From Emticicia sp. (GTDB lineage: Bacteria; Bacteroidota; Bacteroidia; Cytophagales; Spirosomataceae): a stretch of 60,418 nucleotides of DNA. The notes beneath the pieces are model-generated. The model was not told the DNA's origin. It ran no database searches and worked only from the letters and a program-made list of their open reading frames with translations. Of this stretch, positions 10,640-19,959 are shown in pieces. Position 1 is the stretch's first letter, and every line of letters starts with the position of its first letter. The stretch covers positions 1 through 60,418 of the forward strand of contig JANNEN010000183.1 in the NCBI GenBank assembly GCA_031378715.1. Direction: 5' to 3'. The position numbers were made by a program, and so were the translations under genes.

Positions 10640-10656
10640 CGTTTCACGTGGAAACA
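10640..10656. promoter_or_regulatory. Variant parS site
   Basis: CGTTTCACGTGGAAACA, 22 bp downstream of the first site. Confidence 0.7.
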
Positions 10657-10673
10657 TAAATAAAAAAATAATA

Positions 10674-12536
10674 ATGTTTAAAGAATATGATGTGATAGTA
10701 GTAGGTGCAGGGCATGCAGGTTGTGAAGCAGCAGCAGCAGCAGCCAGTATGGGTTCATCAGTTTTATTGGTCACAATGAATATGCACACGATTGCTCAGA
10801 TGTCATGTAATCCCGCAATGGGAGGAGTGGCAAAAGGACAGATAGTTCGGGAGATAGACGCACTCGGTGGGCAGTCAGGAATCATAAGTGACAAGACCAT
10901 GATTCAGTTTAGAATGTTAAATCGCTCAAAAGGTCCTGCTATGTGGAGTCCTCGGTGTCAAAGCGACCGAATGATGTTTGCCCAAGAGTGGAGAGATACG
11001 ATGGAAAATATCCCAAACCTTGACTTTTGGCAAGAAATGGTAGAAGGTCTTGTAATAAAAGATAATAGAGTGATTGGCGTACGTACAGGAATGGGTATCG
11101 AAATAAAAGGAAAAACTGTAGTACTGACTAACGGCACATTTTTGAATGGAAAAATACATATAGGAGAAAAAAACTTCGGTGGAGGAAGAACAGGAGAGAA
11201 GGCTGCCCACGGAATAACCGAACAATTAACCAATTTGGGTTTTGAATCTGGGCGAATGAAAACAGGCACACCACCACGGGTAGATGGTCGTTCGCTGAAC
11301 TGGGCTTTGATGGAAGAGCAAAAAGGTGATGATAAACCCGAAAAATTTTCTTATACTAATACAAATAAATTAACAAAGCAAAGAAGCTGTTACATTACCT
11401 ATACAAACAACAATGTACATGAAGTATTAAGAAAAGGTTTTGATAAATCTCCGATGTTCAGCGGAAGGATAAAAGGTCTTGGCCCAAGATATTGTCCATC
11501 GGTTGAGGATAAAATAAACCGATTTGCTGACAAAGAAAGCCACCAGATATTTGTTGAACCCGAAGGTTGGAATACAGTCGAGATGTATATCAATGGTTTT
11601 TCAACTTCACTGCCTGAAGAAATACAGTTTGAGGCTTTGACAAAAATACAAGGTTTTGAAAATGTAAAAATGTTTCGACCTGGCTATGCCATAGAATACG
11701 ATTTTTTTCCACCAACTCAATTAAAACTTACGCTCGAAACTCATTTAATAGAAAACCTATTTTTTGCAGGACAAATAAACGGAACGACGGGATATGAAGA
11801 AGCTGCTTGCCAAGGACTAATGGCAGGAATAAATGCCCACAATAAAGCAAAAGAAAAAGAGGAATTTATCTTGAAAAGAAACGAAGCCTACATCGGAGTA
11901 TTAATTGATGACTTGGTGAATAAAGGTACTGATGAACCGTACAGAATGTTTACTTCAAGAGCCGAGTTTCGTACGCTATTACGTCAAGATAATGCTGACA
12001 TTAGATTAACCCAAAAAGGATTTGATTTGGGTTTGGCTTCGATAAGTCGTCTGGAAAGAGTGAACGAGAAGAAAGAAGCCGCTGAAAAAATACTCAAAGA
12101 AATCAAAACCAGAAAAATATCACCCGATGCGGCCAGTAATTATCTTGAAAGTATTGGTTCGTCGGTGCTAAGAGAGAAATCTTCTTTTTATAGTATTCTG
12201 AAAAGACCTGAAATAGAAATTGATCACATTAGAAACCTTGACACAGAAATGTCAGCTTTTCTAAATACATTCGATGAAGAAATTATTGAGCAAGCCGTGA
12301 TTCATGTAAAATATGAAAGCTACATTGAGAAAGAAATGTTGATGGTTGAAAAAATGGCAAGATTAGAGGATATGCAAATCAACCCGAATTTTGATTACGA
12401 TAGACTACAATCAGTTTCGATAGAAGCTCGGCAGAAATTAAAGAAAGTAAAACCTCAAACTCTCGGACAAGCCTCACGAGTAAGCGGAGTTTCGCCAGCC
12501 GATATTTCAGTGATTATGATTCATCTTGGGAGATAA
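10674..12536 (+). CDS. mnmG: tRNA uridine 5-carboxymethylaminomethyl modification enzyme MnmG (GidA)
   Basis: VVGAGHAGCEAA, MSCNPAMGG, KTGTPPR, GPRYCPS, GQINGTTGYEEAA, YRMFTSRAE. Confidence 0.98.
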   Translation: MFKEYDVIVVGAGHAGCEAAAAAASMGSSVLLVTMNMHTIAQMSCNPAMGGVAKGQIVREIDALGGQSGIISDKTMIQFRMLNRSKGPAMWSPRCQSDRMMFAQEWRDTMENIPNLDFWQEMVEGLVIKDNRVIGVRTGMGIEIKGKTVVLTNGTFLNGKIHIGEKNFGGGRTGEKAAHGITEQLTNLGFESGRMKTGTPPRVDGRSLNWALMEEQKGDDKPEKFSYTNTNKLTKQRSCYITYTNNNVHEVLRKGFDKSPMFSGRIKGLGPRYCPSVEDKINRFADKESHQIFVEPEGWNTVEMYINGFSTSLPEEIQFEALTKIQGFENVKMFRPGYAIEYDFFPPTQLKLTLETHLIENLFFAGQINGTTGYEEAACQGLMAGINAHNKAKEKEEFILKRNEAYIGVLIDDLVNKGTDEPYRMFTSRAEFRTLLRQDNADIRLTQKGFDLGLASISRLERVNEKKEAAEKILKEIKTRKISPDAASNYLESIGSSVLREKSSFYSILKRPEIEIDHIRNLDTEMSAFLNTFDEEIIEQAVIHVKYESYIEKEMLMVEKMARLEDMQINPNFDYDRLQSVSIEARQKLKKVKPQTLGQASRVSGVSPADISVIMIHLGR

Positions 12537-12553
12537 TAAATTAAAGTTTCCTA

Positions 12554-12588
12554 AAAACCCTCAACTAATTATTGAGGGTTTTATTTTT
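12554..12588 (+). terminator. Hairpin/terminator after mnmG
   Basis: AAAACCCTCAA-ctaatta-TTGAGGGTTTT followed by ATTTTT. Confidence 0.65.
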
Positions 12589-12607
12589 ACCAAAAAATAA
12601 AAATAAA

Positions 12608-14218
12608 ATGTATAAAACTCAAACAATAAGAAGTCTGTTTTTTCTTTTAATTTATAGTTTACTTAACGGTTGTGCTCAATTCGTTCCGCCAACGGGAGGA
12701 AAAATGGATGAAACTCCTCCTAAGTTAATTAGATCTGTTCCGAAAATGGAACAAAAGAATTTTAAAGACAAATCAATTCGGCTGGAGTTTGATGAGCTAA
12801 TTGACGTGACGAGTTTAAGACAAGAACTTTTGATTATTCCAGCCGCCGAAGGAACATTCGATATTAAATCAAAATCAAACATCGTCATCATAAAGTTTGA
12901 TAAAGCATTTAAGGATAGTACAACTTATACGCTAAATTTCAGAAAAGGAATAAAGGATTTGAATGAACGAAACGAAACAAAAAATCTCAAATTAGTATTT
13001 AGCACAAGTAATAGTATTGATTCGTTGATAGTGGGAGGAAATGTGAAAAGTATCTTCACAAATCAACCGATTTTAGATGCCCACGTAGCTTTGTACAAAA
13101 TTCAAGATTCGTTAGACTTAAAAAAAACAAAACCAGATTATTTTATCAAAACCGATTCAAGCGGAAATTATCAGTTTGAGAATATCAAAAAAGGTAAATA
13201 CAAAATATATGCGTTCATTGATAAAAATAACAATTTAAGGTACGATACCAAAACCGAACCCATAGGTTTCAGACAAGATACGCTTGATTTGTTTAAAAAT
13301 TTGACCGAAATAAATTTTTTAATCGCAAATGCCAACAACGAAAAACCAAAAAATTTAAAATCGCAGTCGAGAGTTGAAGATTATACTGTGATGTATGATA
13401 AAAATATTAAAACATTTGAAGTAAAATTTGAAAGTAAATCGGATAGTATCCCATACAAAGGTGAAGCAAAAGAATTAAAGTTTTATAATACTAAACAACG
13501 AACTGACACATTGAAAGTTAGCATAACAGTTACAGATTCGAGCAATGTTTCATTTACCCACGTTCAAAAGATAAAATTTAAAGAACCCGAAAAACGTAGA
13601 AAAGAGAAACGTGAATATCTTTCATTCGATTTGAAACCTAAAATCGGGGAAGATATTGATAAAAATATGACGTTAGTATTTGATTTTGAAATACCAATTT
13701 TGAGTTTTGACGCTAATAAAATTAAAATTCTTTCGGACACAACCAAAGAAGAAAAACTAAATAACGAGAATATCACGTGGAATAAATCCAAAACTGAACT
13801 AAAAATAACAAAAACTATAAATGCTGATCGAGAACTAAAACTCGAACTGAGTAGGGGGGCGTTTATAAATATCAAAGGAGGTTCGAGTGATAAAGTGATT
13901 ATGAAAAATCCGATTCTAAAATCAGAAAATTATAGTTTGGTAGAAGGTAGTTTTGATGAAAAGAAAACAAATAAAATAATTCAAATCGTCAATGAAAGGT
14001 ATGAGGTTGTGGCAGAAGAAAAGACAAAAAATAAGTTTTTATTCAAAAATATTAAGCCAGGAATCTATTTATTAAGAATAGTTAAAGATAAAAACGATAA
14101 CGGTTACTGGGATTACGGCAACGTGGAAAAAAATATTCAACCCGAAGAAATCCAGTTTTACCAAGACCCAATTAGGCTAAAAGCTAACTTTGAAGTAAGG
14201 GGTATTGTGATAAAGTAA
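12608..14218 (+). CDS. Ig-like (Big_5) domain lipoprotein
   Basis: Lipobox LNGC, CAQ..PTGG..DETPP, FDE, DKNNNLRYD and DKNDNGYWDYG motifs; ATG 12608 preferred to TTG 12572. Confidence 0.8.
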   Translation: MYKTQTIRSLFFLLIYSLLNGCAQFVPPTGGKMDETPPKLIRSVPKMEQKNFKDKSIRLEFDELIDVTSLRQELLIIPAAEGTFDIKSKSNIVIIKFDKAFKDSTTYTLNFRKGIKDLNERNETKNLKLVFSTSNSIDSLIVGGNVKSIFTNQPILDAHVALYKIQDSLDLKKTKPDYFIKTDSSGNYQFENIKKGKYKIYAFIDKNNNLRYDTKTEPIGFRQDTLDLFKNLTEINFLIANANNEKPKNLKSQSRVEDYTVMYDKNIKTFEVKFESKSDSIPYKGEAKELKFYNTKQRTDTLKVSITVTDSSNVSFTHVQKIKFKEPEKRRKEKREYLSFDLKPKIGEDIDKNMTLVFDFEIPILSFDANKIKILSDTTKEEKLNNENITWNKSKTELKITKTINADRELKLELSRGAFINIKGGSSDKVIMKNPILKSENYSLVEGSFDEKKTNKIIQIVNERYEVVAEEKTKNKFLFKNIKPGIYLLRIVKDKNDNGYWDYGNVEKNIQPEEIQFYQDPIRLKANFEVRGIVIK

Positions 14219-14694
14219 TTGAGCAATGTGGAAAAGATAGTTGGAAAACAAAAAAGGTCAATTCAAAATAAAAAATGTACAATATTTTTTGTGGATAAAG
14301 CTGTGCATTAGTCTGGTAATTTGCGAACTCTTCTGTTGAAAGCCGTGTGGGTAAATACTGACAATAGTGGAAAGAAATCAAACAAAGTGTAAAACGTCCA
14401 AAACCTTAGGCTTATCCCCAATCCACAAAGTGTTAATTAACGTGGAAACATAGTGTGGGAATCTTTAATTTTTATAAACAAAAAATATTTAAAGCTAATG
14501 TCAATAACTGGTATTAGAATTGATAATCAATAATATAGCTGTGGATTACAATAATAAACCTGTGGAAAAAACGATTACTTATATACATACAGTAAAAGTA
14601 GTTTATTAACAACCGCAGTTTGTCCACATATCCACAGCCCTAATAATTTAAAACAGTAATTAAATTAATATTTTATTTCTTTTTTTAAGAAACT
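14219..14694. other. Putative chromosomal replication origin oriC
   Basis: 476 bp non-coding with about 10 DnaA-like boxes (perfect TGTGGATAA at 14290-14298; variants at 14227, 14302, 14346, 14412, 14419, 14540, 14561, 14620, 14628), followed by an AT-rich tract at 14641-14694; close to mnmG and parS. Confidence 0.85.
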
Positions 14695-16497
14695 ATGAAA
14701 CGTATTTTAGTACTATTAATATTTTTTGCGGTGCAAGGATTTGCATTTGGGCAAGACATCGAATTGGCCAATGAATATCTCAAACAAGGCGAGTACGAGA
14801 AAGCAAAAGAACTTTTTCAAAAAATCGTAAAGGACAAAAATAATATTCGAATAGTTCATCCAAATTATATTCAGTGTCTATTCAAATTAAAAAACTTTGA
14901 GGAAGCTGAAAAATATCTGAAACGTCAAATCAAAAAAGATGATGCCACAGGAATTATCTTTCGGGCGGACTATGCGTCGTTGCTCGAAATGACGGGAAAG
15001 TTTGAGGAATCTCAAAAAGAAATTAATCAGTTAATCGAACTCGCCTCGAAGTCAGAAGGAACGATTTATGAACTACAAGATATTTTTTACAAGAATCAAA
15101 AAACTGAACAATTTCTCGAATTATTAAAAAAAGGAAGAGAAGCCGCCAAAGACGAAAATAAGTACGCAATTCTGATGGCACGGGCATTTTTGTACAATGG
15201 GCAAAAAGAACCGATGATTGAAGAAATGCTTAAATACGGACTAACCGAAGGAAACCAAGAGTACGTAAAAGCAACATTCCAAGATAATCTCAAAACTGAA
15301 CCCGAACTGGATATGCTCGAAAAGGTACTTTACAGCAAGGTACAGAAGTTTCCTGGCGAACAGTACTACACAGACCTGCTAATCTGGTATTTGATTCAGC
15401 AGAAAGAGTTTACCAAAGCCTTCATTCAAACCAAAGCCTTAGACCGAAGATTACGCCAAGATGGGCAGAAGGTTTTTGAATTGGCACAAACCACTCTCGT
15501 CAGCAAAGACTATAAAGCCGCAATTCAGATGTACGAGTACGTTATGAAAGAATATCCGCAGGGGCAGTATTATGTCTATGCTCGCCGAAACGGATTGTTC
15601 TGCAAAGAGGAACTCGTCAAGACAACTTATCCAGTCAGTAATGCCGATATTAAGGCTTTGATAAAGGATTACCAAGGACTGTTTTCGGATTTGGGTCGAA
15701 ATGTCAAAACCATGGAAGCTCTCCGAAACACCGCCCAGCTTTACGCTTTTTACCTCAACGAACGAGATACGGCCATCACCGTTCTCGAAACTGCCATCTT
15801 GATTGCAGGTTCGGATAATACTTTTAGAGATAAATGCAAAATTGATTTGGGTGATATTTTTATTCTCAAAAACGAACCTTGGGAGGCAACTTTACTTTAT
15901 TCACAAGTAGAAAAATCTCAAAAAGAAGACCAACTCGGACAAGAAGCAAAACTCAAAAATGCCAAGTTGCATTACTACAACGGCGAGTTTGATTTAGCAA
16001 AAGAAGTCTTGGATATTTTGAAAAAAGCCACTACCCGTGAAATCGCCAACGATGCCATGCAGTTAAGTTTGCTGATTCAAGACAACATCGGACTCGACAC
16101 TTCGGAGGTAGCCATGAGAGAATATGCCAAGATTGATTTATTGCTTTTTCAAAATAAAAACGCCGAGGCATTGGGGGCCTTAGACGTTGTTTACGAAAAA
16201 TTCAAATCGCATAGCTTGGCCGATGATATTCTTTGGCTGCGGGCAAATACCAAACTAAAAACCAACCAAGTGCCAGCGGCTTTGGAAGATTTAGAATTGA
16301 TTCGCAAAAATTATAATTTTGATATTTTGGCCGATGATGCACTTTTCTTGGAAGCAAAAATCTACGAAGAAAATCTCAACCAAAAAGATAAAGCAATGGA
16401 ACTGTATCGAGAGATTTTACAAAAATTTACAGGAAGTATTTTTGGAGCCGAAGCCCGAAAAAGATTCAGAAATCTGCGGGGTGACACAATAAACTAA
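14695..16497 (+). CDS. Secreted tetratricopeptide repeat protein
   Basis: Signal peptide, multiple TPR-like helical repeats, IANDAM and ADDALF motifs. Confidence 0.8.
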   Translation: MKRILVLLIFFAVQGFAFGQDIELANEYLKQGEYEKAKELFQKIVKDKNNIRIVHPNYIQCLFKLKNFEEAEKYLKRQIKKDDATGIIFRADYASLLEMTGKFEESQKEINQLIELASKSEGTIYELQDIFYKNQKTEQFLELLKKGREAAKDENKYAILMARAFLYNGQKEPMIEEMLKYGLTEGNQEYVKATFQDNLKTEPELDMLEKVLYSKVQKFPGEQYYTDLLIWYLIQQKEFTKAFIQTKALDRRLRQDGQKVFELAQTTLVSKDYKAAIQMYEYVMKEYPQGQYYVYARRNGLFCKEELVKTTYPVSNADIKALIKDYQGLFSDLGRNVKTMEALRNTAQLYAFYLNERDTAITVLETAILIAGSDNTFRDKCKIDLGDIFILKNEPWEATLLYSQVEKSQKEDQLGQEAKLKNAKLHYYNGEFDLAKEVLDILKKATTREIANDAMQLSLLIQDNIGLDTSEVAMREYAKIDLLLFQNKNAEALGALDVVYEKFKSHSLADDILWLRANTKLKTNQVPAALEDLELIRKNYNFDILADDALFLEAKIYEENLNQKDKAMELYREILQKFTGSIFGAEARKRFRNLRGDTIN

Positions 16498-16521
16498 GCC
16501 CGTTATTCATTAATATTATCG

Positions 16522-16558
16522 AAACGCCTCAGAACTTTCAACTTTGAGGCGTTTTTTT
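16522..16558 (+). terminator. Intrinsic terminator
   Basis: AAACGCCTCA..TGAGGCGTTT followed by a T run. Confidence 0.8.
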
Positions 16559-16642
16559 AAGACAATGTTCATAAACCTTCCCGATTGTTATTGAGAACAC
16601 TTTTCCTCGTTCAAAATTTAATTCAAAAAAATATTCAATCCC

Positions 16643-17917
16643 ATGAATGTCAAGTTATGCACACTGTCCACAGTGTTATCCACATTTTTATTGGTTGCTC
16701 ATGCCCAAGAAGAAAAGGTAAAATCTTTTGGCTATAATTACTACGGACAGAAAATAAACGAAAAAGCATTTTGCAGTCAATTTAGTTTTCGCTCAAAAGA
16801 AACTGCCGAAAAAGCGGTTGATGAAATCGTTCGACGTAGCGGTTTGAAAAGAAACTTTTACGTCATGGAATGTCCGAATACTGACAACTGTTTTGCGGCC
16901 ATTCAAGGACAAACCCGTTTGATTGTTTACGATGGTTCGTTTATGAAGAAAGCCAATGATTTATCAAAATCAGACTGGGGAGCTTTGAGTATTTTAGCCC
17001 ACGAAATCGGGCATCATCTTCAAGGGCATACCATCATAGAAGGTGGCAGCGACCCCGCCAAAGAATTAGAAGCTGATGAGTTTTCGGGTTTCGTGATGTA
17101 CCAAATGGGGGCTTCACTAAAAGATGCCCAAGCAGCAATTAGCAAATTAACCTCAGACTATGATGGCGGCACGCATCCACCAAGACAAAAACGTTTGGCA
17201 TCAATCAAAAAAGGATTCGACAACGCCCAAGAACTTTACCCAAATATTAAGAAAAACGATGGCAGCGTAATCACGCAATCAAGGTCACAAACTTCGCAAG
17301 TACCCTCACAACCAAATCAACCAAGAAATATTCCACAACCTATTCCCCAACAACCAAGAAATCAATCGCAAACCTCTGATAATCAACAAGATGTGGATAA
17401 AGTGGATAACTCTGTTGATAACTCCGAAAAACCCACAAAGCAACCAGATATTATTAATACAGCACCAAGAAATAATGAAAATACGAACGAAACTTCAAAA
17501 AAAGGGGCTTGTTTTGACGGAGATTGTAGTGATGGTTTTGGTAAAATGATTAACCCCAGAACTGATGAAAAGTACGAAGGCGAATGGAGAAACTCAAAAC
17601 GTGATGGCAGAGGAGTAGAGTTTTATGCCGATGGTGAAAAAAAATACGTTGGAAATTTCAAAAATGGAAAATATGAAGGAAATGGTTCATTTTTCTACAA
17701 AAATGGGGATAAATATGTGGGTAAGTACAAAAACGGCACAATGAATGACGACAAAGGATATTTTATTTTCAATAATAGTATCAGATTAGTAGCTCGTGTC
17801 GAAAATAACATCAAACACGGAAAAGCCATGCGAATTTATCCCGACGGTAGGAGAGAAGATACTTTTTTTATCAATGATGTTGAACGAAAAGGATATAAAC
17901 CTGAAATTAAAAAATAA
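16643..17917 (+). CDS. Secreted M48-like zinc metallopeptidase with P/Q linker and MORN repeats
   Basis: Signal peptide; [21 protein letters not shown]; C-terminal [17 protein letters not shown]-type repeats. Confidence 0.8.
   Translation: MNVKLCTLSTVLSTFLLVAHAQEEKVKSFGYNYYGQKINEKAFCSQFSFRSKETAEKAVDEIVRRSGLKRNFYVMECPNTDNCFAAIQGQTRLIVYDGSFMKKANDLSKSDWGALSILAHEIGHHLQGHTIIEGGSDPAKELEADEFSGFVMYQMGASLKDAQAAISKLTSDYDGGTHPPRQKRLASIKKGFDNAQELYPNIKKNDGSVITQSRSQTSQVPSQPNQPRNIPQPIPQQPRNQSQTSDNQQDVDKVDNSVDNSEKPTKQPDIINTAPRNNENTNETSKKGACFDGDCSDGFGKMINPRTDEKYEGEWRNSKRDGRGVEFYADGEKKYVGNFKNGKYEGNGSFFYKNGDKYVGKYKNGTMNDDKGYFIFNNSIRLVARVENNIKHGKAMRIYPDGRREDTFFINDVERKGYKPEIKK
16655..16684 (+). promoter_or_regulatory. 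Intragenic triple DnaA-box cluster 1
   Basis: TTATGCACA CTGTCCACA gtg TTATCCACA. Confidence 0.7.
17392..17421 (-). promoter_or_regulatory. Intragenic triple DnaA-box cluster 2
   Basis: Plus strand TGTGGATAA AGTGGATAA ctc TGTTGATAA. Confidence 0.75.
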
Positions 17918-17930
17918 AGAAAAATTCTAA

Positions 17931-17962
17931 AGAAAGACTTCGTTTCAAACGAAGTCTTTTTT
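17931..17962 (+). terminator. Intrinsic terminator
   Basis: AAAGACTTCGTTT-c-AAACGAAGTCTTT followed by a T run. Confidence 0.8.
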
Positions 17963-17979
17963 CGTTAAAATTTGGTTGT

Positions 17980-18010
17980 TTTGAACTACGCCCAAGATTA
18001 TTTACCTTTG
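17980..18010 (+). promoter_or_regulatory. accD promoter (-33/-7)
   Basis: TTTG 17980-17983, 19 bp spacer, TACCTTTG 18003-18010. Confidence 0.7.
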
Positions 18011-18033
18011 TGGTTCAAAATTCAATAAAAAAT

Positions 18034-18876
18034 ATGTCTTGGTTTAAGCGAATAGATAAAGGGATTCTGACCCCAACGGAAATGAAACGTGAAGCTCCAG
18101 ATGGGCTTTGGTATCAGTGTCCGAATTGCAAAAAGGCAATGCACACCCGTGAACACAAACTCAATGCCTTTACGTGTAGCAGTTGTAATTACCACGAAAA
18201 AATTGGTTCTGAGGCATATTTCCAAATATTATTCGATGATGGAGAATATACCGAACTTGATGCCAATCTTCATTCGGGCGACCCACTTAAATTTTCGGAT
18301 ACAAAATCTTACGTTGATAGGGTGCGTGCCACCGAAAAAAAATCGGGTTTGAAAGATGCTGCTCGTACGGCTTATGGAAAAATATCTGATATTGATATTG
18401 TGATTACCTGCATGGATTTTAGTTTCATTGGCGGCTCAATGGGTTCGGTTGTTGGTGAAAAAATCGCCAGAGGAATAGCTTATGCTTTAGAAAACAAAAT
18501 GCCGTTCTTGATGATTTCAAAATCGGGCGGAGCCAGAATGATGGAAGCAGGATTTTCGTTGATGCAAATGGCTAAAACCTCGGCACGATTAGCCCAATTA
18601 GCCGAAGCAAAATTACCGTATATCTCACTCTTGACCGACCCGACAACGGGCGGTGTTACGGCCTCTTATGCAATGCTTGGTGACTTCAACATTTCCGAGC
18701 CTGAGGCACTCATTGGCTTTGCAGGACCGAGAGTTATCAAAGAAACCATCGGCAAAGAATTACCCAAAGGCTTCCAAACGGCCGAGTTTGTGCTTGACCA
18801 CGGCTTCCTTGATTTTATTGTTGATAGAAAAGATTTGAAAGATAAATTGGCGAGTTTATTGGGAATGTTGAAATAA
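18034..18876 (+). CDS. accD: Acetyl-CoA carboxylase carboxyltransferase beta subunit
   Basis: CPNC..CSSC zinc finger, [36 protein letters not shown]; ATG 18034 lies downstream of the promoter. Confidence 0.97.
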   Translation: MSWFKRIDKGILTPTEMKREAPDGLWYQCPNCKKAMHTREHKLNAFTCSSCNYHEKIGSEAYFQILFDDGEYTELDANLHSGDPLKFSDTKSYVDRVRATEKKSGLKDAARTAYGKISDIDIVITCMDFSFIGGSMGSVVGEKIARGIAYALENKMPFLMISKSGGARMMEAGFSLMQMAKTSARLAQLAEAKLPYISLLTDPTTGGVTASYAMLGDFNISEPEALIGFAGPRVIKETIGKELPKGFQTAEFVLDHGFLDFIVDRKDLKDKLASLLGMLK

Positions 18877-18890
18877 ACATTCTCCCGATT

Positions 18891-19871
18891 ATGCGACTCA
18901 TTGCTCACCCAATTCTTTGTAATTATTACGTAACTTATCGCTGCAATGCAACGTGTAGTTTTTGTGATATTTGGGAAAAACCTTCGCCGTACATCACCCT
19001 CCAAAACTTCCGAGAAAACCTCAAAGCTCTCAAAAAATTAGGCGTAAAAGTCATTGATTTTACGGGGGGCGAACCGCTCCTACACCGTGAACTTGATGTG
19101 TTTTTGAGCGAATCAAAAAAAGCTGGGTTTCTCACAACCGTCACCACAAATTGTTTGCTTTATCCAAAATACGCCGAGCGACTAAAAGGCAAAATAGATA
19201 TGCTTCACTTCTCACTCGATTCGCCCGACGAAGCCGAACATAATTTATCAAGAGGTGTAAAATGTTTCGATAAAATATTAGATTCAATACAAATTGCGAA
19301 AAAATTAGGCGAACGACCCGATATTTTGTTCACAGTTTTTGAACAAAATGTTGATAAAATTGAACGAGTCTGGAACGAAATCTCTCAGCCAAACGATTTG
19401 GTTTTAATTTTAAATCCAATGTTCAAATACAATGATATTCAGGCAGGAGAAAACCTTTCGGAAGCAAGTTTGAACAAACTTTTGTGGTGGGGTAAACAAA
19501 AAAATGTTTACCTCAACGAAGCATTTATTGACCTACGAAAAGAAGGGGGAAATCACATTAATAATCCCGTCTGCAAAGCCGCCTCCACGACAATAGTTAT
19601 TTCTCCCGAAAATAAATTAGTGCTTCCTTGTTATCATCTTGGCACGAAGGATTTCGAAATAAAAGACAATCTTTATGATTTGTATTACTCGCCAGAAGTG
19701 CAAGAAATTGTGGCCTTAGAAGGTAAGTTAAAAGAATGCGGAGGGTGTGTAATCAACTGTTATATGCAGCCATCTTTTTCGGTAGAAATCAATAAATATT
19801 TTTGGAAAGCCCTCCCAAGTACCTTAAAATATAACTATATCAAAGGTACTTGGAAGAATCTTTTTTTCTAA
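18891..19871 (+). CDS. Radical SAM protein with C-terminal twitch/SPASM-like cysteines
   Basis: CNATCSFC, FTGGEPLL; CKAA..LPC..CGGCVINC. Confidence 0.88.
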   Translation: MRLIAHPILCNYYVTYRCNATCSFCDIWEKPSPYITLQNFRENLKALKKLGVKVIDFTGGEPLLHRELDVFLSESKKAGFLTTVTTNCLLYPKYAERLKGKIDMLHFSLDSPDEAEHNLSRGVKCFDKILDSIQIAKKLGERPDILFTVFEQNVDKIERVWNEISQPNDLVLILNPMFKYNDIQAGENLSEASLNKLLWWGKQKNVYLNEAFIDLRKEGGNHINNPVCKAASTTIVISPENKLVLPCYHLGTKDFEIKDNLYDLYYSPEVQEIVALEGKLKECGGCVINCYMQPSFSVEINKYFWKALPSTLKYNYIKGTWKNLFF

Positions 19872-19902
19872 CGCTGGCAGGGTTCAAAACCCTGCCAGCG
19901 TT
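19870..19902. repeat. REP-like palindrome family A, copy 1
   Basis: AACGCTGGCAGGGTT-caa-AACCCTGCCAGCGTT; also at 31262 and 52560. Confidence 0.92.
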
Positions 19903-19959
19903 GAAACTGAGATAAATTAAATTTTTGAATAATTAAAAAACCTATATTGACAGGGACCC

